Positions 19,950-29,280 of a DNA stretch of 50,492 bases are shown here, piece after piece. The position numbers were made by a program, and so were the translations under genes. The stretch is from Candidatus Bathyarchaeia archaeon (GTDB taxonomy: Archaea; Thermoproteota; Bathyarchaeia; Bathyarchaeales; Bathycorpusculaceae), in contig JAVZLS010000010.1 in NCBI GenBank assembly GCA_038883715.1, positions 1-50,492 of the forward strand, given 5' to 3'. How positions within the stretch are numbered: position 1 is the stretch's first letter; each line of letters begins with the position of its first letter. The notes beneath the pieces are model-generated. The model was not told the origin of the DNA. It did not search any database and worked only from the letters and a program-made list of their open reading frames with translations.

Positions 19950-20045
19950 TGAAACTTTCGCGGTTGCCTATGCATGTTTGGGAGTAAGCCAGGATGAACT
20001 GGCTGAAACCGTAAAAAGCCTTTATGTATGGAGGGAGGGTGGCTT

Positions 20046-20477
20046 ATGGCTGACAACACTGGTAAGCCTTGGATGGGTATCGGCGAAACAGACGACCCTA
20101 GGGCCGTTATTGAAACCTTTGAGGCTGCAGCAGCCATAACAAAGGGCGACCCAGTCTATTTAAGTGCTGATGACAAGGTTAGCCCAGCAGCTTCAGCGCA
20201 GGACTGTATTGGCATAGCCCTAAAGAGTGTGGCGGCAGGTGATCCTTGCCCAGTGCTGGTTCGTGGAAGAGTTAAGGTGAAGGTTGGCGGCGCTGTAACC
20301 CGTGGTAAAGCGGTTTACGGTGCTGATTCCAGTAGGCGGGTACTGCAGTTGACAGACCAAGCCGTGAACGAAGGTGGGACAGCAACCTACACCATATACT
20401 ATAACCGCAAGCTTGGGTGGGCTTTGGAGTCTGCCTCTGCGGCTGAAGATCTCATCTTCATCTACGTGGAAAAGTAG
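20046..20477 (+). CDS. Capsid cement/decoration protein (DUF2190-like)
   Basis: FEAAAAITKGDPV, IGIALKSVAAGD, GAVTRG..V and GWALESA motifs; lies directly before the MCP. Confidence 0.75.
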   Translation: MADNTGKPWMGIGETDDPRAVIETFEAAAAITKGDPVYLSADDKVSPAASAQDCIGIALKSVAAGDPCPVLVRGRVKVKVGGAVTRGKAVYGADSSRRVLQLTDQAVNEGGTATYTIYYNRKLGWALESASAAEDLIFIYVEK

Positions 20478-20489
20478 GAGGGACATGTT

Positions 20490-21443
20490 GTGAAACCGAG
20501 GCTTTTTGAGAGTTTAATGGAGACGGACAGCGAGTTCCGCCAGCTCATGGAGAATCTGAGCCGAAGGGCTTCGTCGCACCCTTTTTTGAGGCGTTACTGT
20601 GAGGTAGCCCTTAAAGAGAGGCTTTTCAGCGACACCGTTGGCGCCATTGGGCATATGCATGATACGCTGGTTGAGGCTGCCTACCCAGAAATGATTGGAA
20701 GAGAAATCGTAATGGTGCGTCCCACAACTGAAGCCATGGAAAGATTCCCGTTAGATGAGAAGGCTGTGGCTTATCGTTATGCTGAGGGCGCCTACACGAG
20801 GCTTAGTGGCAAGAAGGTCAGCACCGTGGACGTTTACACAAACATTGTGGCTGAGGCTTCTGAAGTTTGGACTAGGGAGTTTTTGGAAGACGCCACATGG
20901 AATGTTATGGAAACCATGACTGAGAAGGTTGGAAGAGCCCTAGGCGAGGCTGAAACCAACAAGATTCTATCTATGTATGGGGCTATTGCCAATGTGGATT
21001 TGGCTGGCGGCGCCCCAATAGACAATAATGGGCAAGCCCTAAACTGGTCTGGTGTTGTTAAGCTTCATAACGCTGTTAGGGGCGAAAACTGGCGTCCAAC
21101 AGTGCTAGCCCTAAACGAGGTTCAACTCCACCAACTGCTTAACGATGACAAGTTCATTCATGCGCAGTACCTGCCTTCCGAACATGTGGATTTGGAGCGG
21201 GGCGTTGTCGGCAGCGTTTTAGGCATGAAGGTTTTGGCGAGCACCCTAGTGCCTAACGGAGTGGCTTACGCTATAGACACCCGTGTGGCGGCGGTCATGC
21301 TGCTGCGCAGAGACATAACCGTAGAAGACTGGGAGGACCCAAAAACAGGCGAGTTCGGGGTTAGGGCGACAACCCGCTTTGGCTTAGGCGTGCTCCGCAG
21401 CAAGGCCGTGGCCAAAATGGTCAACATTAGCACTTCGCTGTAG
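20490..21443 (+). CDS. Major capsid protein, HK97 fold
   Basis: AYRYAEGA, TREFLEDA, GSVLGMKV and C-terminal RATTRFGLGVLRSKAVAK pattern; synteny. Confidence 0.88.
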   Translation: MKPRLFESLMETDSEFRQLMENLSRRASSHPFLRRYCEVALKERLFSDTVGAIGHMHDTLVEAAYPEMIGREIVMVRPTTEAMERFPLDEKAVAYRYAEGAYTRLSGKKVSTVDVYTNIVAEASEVWTREFLEDATWNVMETMTEKVGRALGEAETNKILSMYGAIANVDLAGGAPIDNNGQALNWSGVVKLHNAVRGENWRPTVLALNEVQLHQLLNDDKFIHAQYLPSEHVDLERGVVGSVLGMKVLASTLVPNGVAYAIDTRVAAVMLLRRDITVEDWEDPKTGEFGVRATTRFGLGVLRSKAVAKMVNISTSL

Positions 21444-21454
21444 CCAAACCGTCG

Positions 21455-21751
21455 TTGAAGAATCCTTGGAAAAGGGTGGCGGGTGCATCCTTTATGGAAA
21501 CTCTTGTTGTAAAATGCCAGAAATGCGGCAGAACCCACCATCTGCGAAGCAGACAAGACGCCGTAGTCTGCGACTGCTGGCGCATCTGCCCAATATGCGG
21601 AGAGGAGATGGCGCCCTACACGCCTGACACTGCGCCGAAAACCTATGGGTTGGACGGCTTAAGGGAAATGCAAATCCTGATGGTTTGCACCCGCCACCAC
21701 CCCAATTTTTATGGCACGCAAAAGCCAGTGGAGGTTAGGGCTGATGCGTAA
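21455..21751 (+). CDS. Zn-finger protein
   Basis: CQKC, CDC, CPICG and CTRH metal-ligand motifs. Confidence 0.7.
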   Translation: MKNPWKRVAGASFMETLVVKCQKCGRTHHLRSRQDAVVCDCWRICPICGEEMAPYTPDTAPKTYGLDGLREMQILMVCTRHHPNFYGTQKPVEVRADA

Positions 21752-21983
21752 GCTGGGCGATAGGCTCCACTTGGCGAAGATTGTACTTTCAGAGCTTAAA
21801 AAGCGTCCAATGGGCAGAACAGAGCTGGAGAAGAGGACTATCCGCCAGTTTGGAACCCACAGCGCCTTCGAGGGGATATTCCGATACCTTGTTCAAGGCG
21901 GCTACGTGGCGAAGAGCGAGAGGCGCCACCGTGCGCCATACATGATAACAGAGAAGGGTTTGAAGCTTCTGGAGGGTTTATAG
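21744..21983 (+). CDS. Winged-helix DNA-binding protein
   Basis: RTELEK...FRYLVQGGYV...YMITEKGLKLL; ATG at 21744. Confidence 0.75.
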   Translation: MRKLGDRLHLAKIVLSELKKRPMGRTELEKRTIRQFGTHSAFEGIFRYLVQGGYVAKSERRHRAPYMITEKGLKLLEGL

Positions 21984-21987
21984 GCTT

Positions 21988-23205
21988 ATGGGCGGCGTTT
22001 TAAGAAGGCTCATTGAAGCTTTCACTTTGAAGAAGCATAGTGGCTACGCTTCCGTAGAGCCTCAAATGGTCTATGAGACGCCGAGCATTCCGTTGGCTGA
22101 TGTTATGAGGCTTTATGAGCGGGACCCAGCATGCAAGGCAAGCGTAGATCTTTTGGCGGCTTCAGCCGTTGGAATGGGCTTTTACACAACGGTAAACGAG
22201 AACTATGCAAGGGCTGGGGAAGCCAAACGCCTCATAGACCAATTTAACGAAGAGGCTAATTTAGACATGCTCTTATGCGATATGGCAAGAGTTCTAATCG
22301 CCTGTGGAAACGATTTCTGGCTCAAAATAACACCTGAAAGGCTCACAAGCCTCCAGCGGTTGCCAGTGGACGCCGTAGAAAAAATCGAGTACAGCCTAAT
22401 CCAAGATGGCGGACTGAAAATCCCATACAAGGTTGAGGGCTACAAGCTCCGCTTGGCTTATGGCGGCGAAACCCTAAATCCAGAGGCGGTTATCCACTGG
22501 CGAATAAACTGTTTAGGCTCTTCCGGTTTTGGAACAGGTGTTTTACAGGTTCTATTGCATACGCTTGCCTTCTTTTCTGACCGGCGACCAGCCTACGCCT
22601 GGATGAAAGCAAAAATTGAACGCATAATGCCAAAAATCTTTGAGAAGTATGCCGGACCAGACGTTTTGGCTCTTCTGGAGAGGGCTGACGCCGGCACTAT
22701 CCAAAAGTTTGAAAAAGCCATTAAGAGCCGCCCAGAAGAGGGTGTCTGGCTATTCTATAGCGGGAGAGGCGACATAAAACCGCTCACAATAGACCCCAGA
22801 GCCAGATTTGAATATTACATCGACTACATTGTTAACCAGTTCTATCTTGGCTGTGAAACGCCACTGCCGAGGCTTTTCAGCACTCCGGGCTTCACAGAAG
22901 CCAGCGCCAAAGCCGCATTGGAGCTGCAGGATATGCTCATAAAACCCATTCAACGCTACATTAAGCGGCAAGTGGAGCACGCCATTTTCAAGCCCGTTCT
23001 TTTTCAGGCTGGACTGGACCCTGTTGAGGCTGGGGTTCGCCTAAACTGGGGTTCTCCTAAGACGCCCCAGATAAGCGTTGCAGACATGTTGAAAGCCGCC
23101 GAATTGGGGCTTATACGCCCAGAAGAGTTTCGCAAGAACGCCTTAAAGTGGGGTTGGGAGTTGTGGGAGCGCTCCGAAACCACTCCAGAAAGGCGGGAAG
23201 CCTAA
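21988..23205 (+). CDS. Portal protein
   Basis: 405 aa; LYERDP..KASVDLLA, LIACGNDF, VIHWRIN..GFGTG, IKPIQRYIKRQVE: portal-like pattern. Confidence 0.8.
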   Translation: MGGVLRRLIEAFTLKKHSGYASVEPQMVYETPSIPLADVMRLYERDPACKASVDLLAASAVGMGFYTTVNENYARAGEAKRLIDQFNEEANLDMLLCDMARVLIACGNDFWLKITPERLTSLQRLPVDAVEKIEYSLIQDGGLKIPYKVEGYKLRLAYGGETLNPEAVIHWRINCLGSSGFGTGVLQVLLHTLAFFSDRRPAYAWMKAKIERIMPKIFEKYAGPDVLALLERADAGTIQKFEKAIKSRPEEGVWLFYSGRGDIKPLTIDPRARFEYYIDYIVNQFYLGCETPLPRLFSTPGFTEASAKAALELQDMLIKPIQRYIKRQVEHAIFKPVLFQAGLDPVEAGVRLNWGSPKTPQISVADMLKAAELGLIRPEEFRKNALKWGWELWERSETTPERREA

Positions 23206-23316
23206 TGCTGTTTTTGCGGTTTTCTCCTTTCTCCCCTCGAAAATGGATGCGCTTCCCCATTTCTGGAGTGGCGGAACAGCCAATAAAAAGTATTAAGCAT
23301 TAGAGGAGGTGGATGG

Positions 23317-23556
23317 ATGAACCTTCTGCATGTTGGTTTAGGTGTGGGCGCCGCTTTAACCTATGCCTTCCTAGGATTTGCAGCCCAAGATAAGCCCTTC
23401 AACTGGCGAAAGTTCCTACGGACAGTGGCTATTGCGGCTTTCTCCTCGCTTGGCTTGGACTTGGCTGGAATGACCTTTGACGTTTACACAGCCCTTGTTG
23501 GACCAACAGCCATCACAGTTTGGCTTCAGAAGCTTGTGGACACTGCAAAACACTGA
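23317..23556 (+). CDS. Small membrane protein, holin-like
   Basis: 79 aa with 2-3 hydrophobic helices, FNWRKFLRT loop, GGAGGTG RBS. Confidence 0.55.
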   Translation: MNLLHVGLGVGAALTYAFLGFAAQDKPFNWRKFLRTVAIAAFSSLGLDLAGMTFDVYTALVGPTAITVWLQKLVDTAKH

Positions 23557-23578
23557 GAACATGGAGGAGTGCAGCGAA

Positions 23579-23812
23579 ATGAGCCAGGAAGTGCCCTATT
23601 GGCGTTATGAAGAGGCTTTCAAGGCTGTTCACAGCGCCTTATGCGGGCTTATGGCGCCGCCGAGCGGTAAAAGGGTTACTAGGTTGGCGTTTACTTGGAA
23701 CGCTGATGGCACTGTTAACACCATTAAGGCGTTTATGGGCGACGAGCTTCTTTTCTCCCTCACCTTTTCTTGGAATGATGATGGAACCCTGCGGGAGGTG
23801 GCTCGAACATAG
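23579..23812 (+). CDS. Hypothetical virion-associated protein with internal repeat
   Basis: LAFTWNADGTV and LTFSWNDDGTL repeat; GGAGG RBS. Confidence 0.65.
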   Translation: MSQEVPYWRYEEAFKAVHSALCGLMAPPSGKRVTRLAFTWNADGTVNTIKAFMGDELLFSLTFSWNDDGTLREVART

Positions 23813-23860
23813 GCGGCTTGCTGTCCGCTTATGCGAGAAACCCGGAACGGAGGATTGAAA

Positions 23861-24352
23861 ATGGAGAAAATTGAAGTAGGCGCATTAGTGAGGTATCGTG
23901 TGATTAAAAGGCGTGTCTGCGAGCAGAAACCCTACAGCATAGAAGAAAGCAGCCACAACTGCTTCCTCATCGAAGGCATGAATGAAATGTGGAACCTGAT
24001 ACTGGGCATTGGCGGAACAGCCTACAACAGCGCAAACGCGTACATCGGCGTGGGCGACAGCACAACCGCTGAAAGCGAAAACCAAACAGGGCTAACAGGC
24101 ACAAACAAGTATTATAAGGGCATGGCAAGCGGCTATCCGAAGGGTCCAAGCGAGGCTGGCGACAAAAAAGCCATTTTCAGAGCCATTTTCGCCAGCGGCG
24201 AGGCAGAATTCGCATGGAACGAGGTTACTGTGGCGAATGGCAACAGCGACGCCGCCAAAAACATGCTTCGCATAGTAGCGAGCAAGGGAACAAAGCCCTC
24301 CGGCGAAGAGTGGACAGCTGAAGTGGAAGTCCAATTCCAAAACCCGGCATAG
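23861..24352 (+). CDS. Putative minor virion structural (fibre-base) protein
   Basis: YIGVGDSTTAE...QTGL and AIFASGEAEFAWNE pattern resembling phage minor tail proteins. Confidence 0.6.
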   Translation: MEKIEVGALVRYRVIKRRVCEQKPYSIEESSHNCFLIEGMNEMWNLILGIGGTAYNSANAYIGVGDSTTAESENQTGLTGTNKYYKGMASGYPKGPSEAGDKKAIFRAIFASGEAEFAWNEVTVANGNSDAAKNMLRIVASKGTKPSGEEWTAEVEVQFQNPA

Positions 24353-24369
24353 TCTAAAGGTGAATAATT

Positions 24370-24729
24370 ATGGCAACTGTTTCAAAGGATGTGCTTTTGG
24401 ATAAGTTAAAGGCTGTCAAAAAAGGCGTAGACACCATCTTATTGAAGCAGTTAGAGGGTGGCTGTTACGTGGGCATAACAGCCAAAGACTTTGCAGAGAT
24501 GCTTAACTGGATTATGAAGGGCAAAGTTGTCGAGGAAACCGTTGTGGACTATGCGGAGGACGGCTCGCCTATCATAGAGCGGAGAGAACGAGACCCAACA
24601 CCAGAAGAGGTTAAACAGCGTTGGCGTGAAAGCGGTTACGTCGAAATTTTCGAGGATTGGCTTGCCAAAGGCAAAATTAACTCTAAAGATTTGAAAGTGT
24701 TGTTTGGAAGTGAAGCGCCATGGTTGTAG
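24370..24729 (+). CDS. Hypothetical protein
   Basis: 119 aa ORF in operon with AGGTGA RBS. Confidence 0.65.
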   Translation: MATVSKDVLLDKLKAVKKGVDTILLKQLEGGCYVGITAKDFAEMLNWIMKGKVVEETVVDYAEDGSPIIERRERDPTPEEVKQRWRESGYVEIFEDWLAKGKINSKDLKVLFGSEAPWL

Positions 24730-25007
24730 GTGATGTTAAAAGCGACCTGCAAAGCATCGCGGCAGGCAGTTTTTTGGCTATTCAGCCGCCTCAGGGCGAA
24801 GAATGGGTTGTCCACAACGTTTACCATGAAAGCGACGTTGAATTGCACTTTTATGACGGCACTAACAGCCTTGCCTTTGACACAGATGCAGGTGCAGGTG
24901 TCTACGCGAAATATGCTTTTCATTGCACTAACAGCCGATACATTCGAGTGAAAAACACGAACACTGCTGCTAAGCTTATAGGCTTTGACGGTGTGCAGAC
25001 CAAATGA
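24720..25007 (+). CDS. Small beta-rich putative virion protein
   Basis: 95 aa, alternating beta-strand pattern, overlaps both neighbours. Confidence 0.6.
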   Translation: MVVGDVKSDLQSIAAGSFLAIQPPQGEEWVVHNVYHESDVELHFYDGTNSLAFDTDAGAGVYAKYAFHCTNSRYIRVKNTNTAAKLIGFDGVQTK

Positions 25008-25750
25008 CAAGACTGACGCCTCAACTAACAAATCTTAAAATTTTTGATATAACATATCCGAAACAGGAAACGCTTTTAGACACGCCTGAAATTCTGCCAA
25101 CAAGTGAGCCTTCCACTCCGCAAATAGGATACACCGTTCAAGAAAGCGATTTGCCTGCCTTAAATTTTTACAAGAAGATTTGGGTTGCATTCGTTTTCGG
25201 CGCTGGGAAGTTTCCAACAGCAGGAACACTATATTGGCGGATGAAAAAGAACGGCTCCAGCGTCGCTACTAGTTCAGCTTCAGTTTCAACAAATTATTAT
25301 TACACTGTGAACGCGTTTTTCTATGACGTTAAAGTTGGCGACGTTTTAGAGCTTGCTTTATGGTCAAGCGTTTCAGACAGCAATTGGGATTATAAAGCCC
25401 TCAGTGTGCTTGTTACCCGCATAATACCGATAAAAATTCGTTTGCTTAAGCCGTGCACAGTTGTTCTTACCACACGCCCCGTGCTATCGTTAGGCAATCC
25501 TAGCGTTTACAGCACTGACAGCTTAAGGATACACCACGACGACTTTACGCTCGAGTCAATTACTGCTTCAAAAACATATAATTCATTGTATTTTAGTGAT
25601 ACTGCGATATATGGTCTATGCAGAATATATAATGGTGACATGAACTATCCTAACAGTGCCGTTGTGAGGACGTCTGCCAGTTACCGCCCCTATTATCATC
25701 GTAATTATGTTCCTTCGCAAATAAAACTGCGAGGCGTTCGAATTGACTGA
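25004..25750 (+). CDS. Putative beta-sandwich adhesin/receptor-binding protein
   Basis: S/T/Y-rich 248 aa, ATGA overlap, visibly AT-richer than its neighbours. Confidence 0.55.
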   Translation: MTRLTPQLTNLKIFDITYPKQETLLDTPEILPTSEPSTPQIGYTVQESDLPALNFYKKIWVAFVFGAGKFPTAGTLYWRMKKNGSSVATSSASVSTNYYYTVNAFFYDVKVGDVLELALWSSVSDSNWDYKALSVLVTRIIPIKIRLLKPCTVVLTTRPVLSLGNPSVYSTDSLRIHHDDFTLESITASKTYNSLYFSDTAIYGLCRIYNGDMNYPNSAVVRTSASYRPYYHRNYVPSQIKLRGVRID

Positions 25751-26285
25751 AATCAGCGAATACGGCGACATAATCATAAACGCTTATATGGACGAGTGGG
25801 GACGCAGGCAAATCGACAGCCTACTGGAAGATGGCGTCAAAATAGTGACTTTGGTCAGCGCGCCAATAATTAAAACATGGTTTAACTCGCTGGTGACGGT
25901 TCACAATTTTAGGCGTCCCCAGCGCGTCCTAAAGCTGGCACAGATTTTACGGACATTGCACATATGGACCGTTACAGTTCCAACGGCAATAATTAGGCAG
26001 TGGTTTGCAAGCCTCAGCTTGTTCCATGTCCTTCGTAGACCGGAAAGAAAAATGCTTTACATGCAAGCCTTAAAATCCACTCATGTCTTCGGCAAACCTT
26101 TAAGGGTTATAAGGATTCGAGTCTTTCTCAACCTAATTCACGCTTATAAGCGACCCCACCGTTTGATAAGAATTCTTCAACAATCTGGGCTGGTCCACAC
26201 ATATTATTTGTCTAAGCCGGGCGTGAAGAAAACGAAGCTTTTCCTAGTTATAGGCGAATTGGCTTTTCAACTGTCCGGAGATTAG
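25743..26285 (+). CDS. Basic protein with 19-aa His-anchored repeats
   Basis: His at residues 54, 73, 95, 114, 133, 152 with HxxRRPxR-like units. Confidence 0.65.
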   Translation: MTEISEYGDIIINAYMDEWGRRQIDSLLEDGVKIVTLVSAPIIKTWFNSLVTVHNFRRPQRVLKLAQILRTLHIWTVTVPTAIIRQWFASLSLFHVLRRPERKMLYMQALKSTHVFGKPLRVIRIRVFLNLIHAYKRPHRLIRILQQSGLVHTYYLSKPGVKKTKLFLVIGELAFQLSGD

Positions 26286-27295
26286 GTTGAAGCTTTAGCC
26301 ACCATTTTAAACTGATACCTTATGTTTTCGTCCATTATGTAAAATGTGTGCTCCTGACCCTCAGCCACATGCACTATCGGTTTCGCAAGAATCTCAGCAA
26401 TTTTTGCCAGTTCGCTTAAATCCTTAACCGTTATGGTTGTCTGCGGCAAAGTTTTCGGCGCCTCCAAAGCCTCAACAACTAAGTCCTTGAAGGGCGCTAT
26501 AATCTTCTCTAATGGCTTTTCAATTTTCGGCTTAGTTCTAATATAGAAGAGCGTTGAGAAGGCCAGTCCGGCAAAGGCTGTTGTAACTAAGATGTATGAG
26601 GCATAGCGTTGGCTGACAACTTCCTGATGGGTTATTGTTTCAGTCTCTGTCAGTGCGCCAGCCCTTGAATGATGCAGTGGCTCAATTACTGTTATTTCGC
26701 CTTTGTCGGTTCGTTGGAAGGAAACCGTTAGGGTCGGCGTAAACACTTGATATATCTTGCCAGCGGTGGTGTTGGCTCTAACCATAAAGGTTGGCCTAGC
26801 CTCCAAAGTGTATGTTGTAGTGCTAGCCCCTGTTTCCTTGTCGATCTCCTCCTTCAACTGGTCCAACAGCGTCTTATTCACTGTTGGAAGTGATATTTGG
26901 ATCTGCGTCTGACTGGTGGTGAACGGCCCTATTCTTTCTATTTCATAGGTCCATGCTGAAGCTTTGAGGCTTCGTGTCACCGTGTAGGTTATTTGAACAT
27001 CTGCCAGTGGCTGGTCTGTGTTGAATTCATATGTTAGGGTTATGTTTACGTGGCGAACAAGCCTCGTATAAAGCGTTTCATATTCCGGTCCTATAACACT
27101 TTCATTGTCATAAACCTTGTTTGGTGTTTTAACCAGAGCCAAATAGGTGTAGTCCGCCGTGCTTTCATATGTGCAAAGCGTTTCTGTTCTAGTCTCCTCC
27201 ATCGGAGTTTGGTGCACCACGTAAAATGTTATAAGCGCAATAACTGTTAGAACTATGAATATTGCGAGAAGAACTTTTACCTTTTGGATTTTCAA
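26282..27295 (-). CDS. DUF5305-like membrane-anchored surface protein
   Basis: N-terminal TM/signal, Thr-rich extracellular region, second TM, C-terminal VKDLSELAKIAEILAKPIVH motif. Confidence 0.65.
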   Translation of the reverse strand: MKIQKVKVLLAIFIVLTVIALITFYVVHQTPMEETRTETLCTYESTADYTYLALVKTPNKVYDNESVIGPEYETLYTRLVRHVNITLTYEFNTDQPLADVQITYTVTRSLKASAWTYEIERIGPFTTSQTQIQISLPTVNKTLLDQLKEEIDKETGASTTTYTLEARPTFMVRANTTAGKIYQVFTPTLTVSFQRTDKGEITVIEPLHHSRAGALTETETITHQEVVSQRYASYILVTTAFAGLAFSTLFYIRTKPKIEKPLEKIIAPFKDLVVEALEAPKTLPQTTITVKDLSELAKIAEILAKPIVHVAEGQEHTFYIMDENIRYQFKMVAKAST

Positions 27296-27535
27296 GTTTC
27301 AACCCTCTATTGCCTTATACTTTTTAGCATGTGTCTTCAAAAATGTTTTGTTCCCGCCACGGAAGGCTGGAATTCACCCGTTATTATCATCAGGGCATAA
27401 GCCTAAAACAAAAACATTTAAAAGAAATAACTAAAAATTATGGTTTAAATAAAAAATTGTTCAGAAAAAGACTTTAAAAACGTGAAAATTGCTTAAATTT
27501 CGCCTTTCCAAGATTCTGTTGAGGTTGATGCTCCC

Positions 27536-27889
27536 TTGGTAAGCGTCTCTGTGGCGGATGTTCGGGATGTTCTAAACCTAGACAGCGAGGACATTTCAGA
27601 CGACAAAATTGTTAAGATGATTAAGAGGGCTGAGGTGGCTTTAGAGCTTGAGCTTGGGAAAGAAATTGACTATGTAGACTGCACAGAACCCGAAAAGGAG
27701 GCTATAACGCTTCTCGCAGCCATATACGCCATCTGCTATTTGACGGGCGGCTCGGCTGTTGGCTTAAACTTCACCATAGGCGACAAAAGCATAAGCGTGC
27801 TGAGTAATGCTCCGCCGCTGAATGTTTTGCAGGGCGAGCTAGAACGGATTCTAGCCGTTTTGAAGCAGCCCTATGTTGGGAGGGCTTAA
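27536..27889 (+). CDS. Head-tail adaptor (gp6/gp15-like)
   Basis: 117 aa helical, SVADVRDVL...DDKIVKMIKRAE, first gene of the neck/tail module. Confidence 0.65.
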   Translation: MVSVSVADVRDVLNLDSEDISDDKIVKMIKRAEVALELELGKEIDYVDCTEPEKEAITLLAAIYAICYLTGGSAVGLNFTIGDKSISVLSNAPPLNVLQGELERILAVLKQPYVGRA

Positions 27890-27894
27890 GCCTT

Positions 27895-29280
27895 TTGGGA
27901 AAAGTTCCAGAAGCCTACTACGCTTTTGTCACGGATTATGCGCCTTACGTTTATGTGGTTCCGCCTAGCACTCCAGACCAGGAGTGGGGAAGAGCAGCCT
28001 TTGCCGCCGCCTTCGCCATAGACTTCCTTTACGAGGCTTATGGGGCGGAACAGTTCAGCGACTACGAAACAGCCATATACAACAAAATTGTCAGCCTTGC
28101 GGATTGGATTTTAACCCAGCAGTGCACAGAACAGCAGAAAAGGGCTTACGGCGGCTTCAAATCGGCTGAAAACAGCACTTATTATTATGCAGTAGACGCC
28201 TGTCGTGTTATTCCAGCGCTTCTTAAAGCCTACGAGTTAACTGGCAACAACAACTATTTGAATGCCGCAAAGCTCGCCGCCACCTTCCTCAAAACCATGC
28301 AGGAGCAGCAGCCTTATGGCGGTTTTGCAAGAGCCGTTGACATTAATGGAAATTGGCTTTTACAGTTGGATGTGGAGTGCCTTTACGGGCTTTTGGGCTT
28401 AAAAATGCTGGCTGAAAAGTACGATGTGGCAAACGCCAGCCTATACCAAAACATGATGCGAAAGGCTGCTGATTTTCTCCGAGAAGGCTTTGATGGTTTA
28501 TGGCTTTACTACGACCCTTCTGACGGCAAGTGGCATCGTGTTGGTTTGGCGGAAAACGAGGTTTACGACGACTGTTTCGCCTATGCGCTTTTAGGCTTGT
28601 ACGTTTATGAGGGCTGGAGCCCCTCATGCCAAAAAGTTTACAACTTCCTCAACTCGATAGGGACTTCCGCCAGGTATCCGGCCTATAATCCGGCTGTTTG
28701 TTGGGCTGGCTACATAGACGTTGTTTCGCGTTTCCCAGCATGCGACTATTATGATGGTGTTACCGCTGGCATCTTGTGGCAAGTCCGCAAACACCATGAC
28801 AAGCCAAGCCTCGCCTACAGCATGAAAATCATAGAAAAATACGCTGAAAATTTCATGTTTTGGGGCGTTAAGCATGCGGACTACAGCCCAGTGGAAGAAA
28901 AGTGGGCTATGGCTACGGTTTGCTGGCTCGCAAGGTTTTTCCTCAACTACGAAGAACCCTTAACACGTTTTATGCAAGTGCTTAGGGCTCATGGCAGACG
29001 GGTTACGCTTTATCCGCTTGTGGCTTCCGGCGAATCCGCTAATTATGGCGAAGGCGTGGAAATCCAAGCCTTTATCGCTCCAGCGCGGGTTGATGAGGTG
29101 TTTTTGGAGCCGGGCTACGTCATAAGCGACTACATTACGGTTTATACTTTCGTGCCGTTGCGTGTTCGGGATAAAATCCTGGTTGGCAGCATTGACTACG
29201 AGGTTTTAAGCGTTCAAGCCTTCGATTGGAGGGGCGAAACCGCCTATTTTAGGGCTAGTTGCAGGAGGCTAAATGCATGA
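27895..29280 (+). CDS. (alpha/alpha)-barrel domain fused to C-terminal head-closure-like domain
   Basis: ADWILTQQ..YGGF and ATFLKTMQ..YGGF repeats; last ~95 aa VTLY...LRVRDKILVGSIDYEVLSV resemble gp16-type stoppers. Confidence 0.6.
   Translation: MGKVPEAYYAFVTDYAPYVYVVPPSTPDQEWGRAAFAAAFAIDFLYEAYGAEQFSDYETAIYNKIVSLADWILTQQCTEQQKRAYGGFKSAENSTYYYAVDACRVIPALLKAYELTGNNNYLNAAKLAATFLKTMQEQQPYGGFARAVDINGNWLLQLDVECLYGLLGLKMLAEKYDVANASLYQNMMRKAADFLREGFDGLWLYYDPSDGKWHRVGLAENEVYDDCFAYALLGLYVYEGWSPSCQKVYNFLNSIGTSARYPAYNPAVCWAGYIDVVSRFPACDYYDGVTAGILWQVRKHHDKPSLAYSMKIIEKYAENFMFWGVKHADYSPVEEKWAMATVCWLARFFLNYEEPLTRFMQVLRAHGRRVTLYPLVASGESANYGEGVEIQAFIAPARVDEVFLEPGYVISDYITVYTFVPLRVRDKILVGSIDYEVLSVQAFDWRGETAYFRASCRRLNA

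Noticed and set aside
19946-20011. Hammerhead ribozyme or C/D box sRNA
   Set aside because: TGATGA, CTGA and GAAA words are present, but there is no CUGANGA before the hairpin and the box spacing does not fit a C/D guide.
20490-21443. Encapsulin or tailocin interpretation
   Set aside because: Portal, terminase, head and tail genes are all present and there is no sheath, which indicates a DNA-packaging tailed particle.
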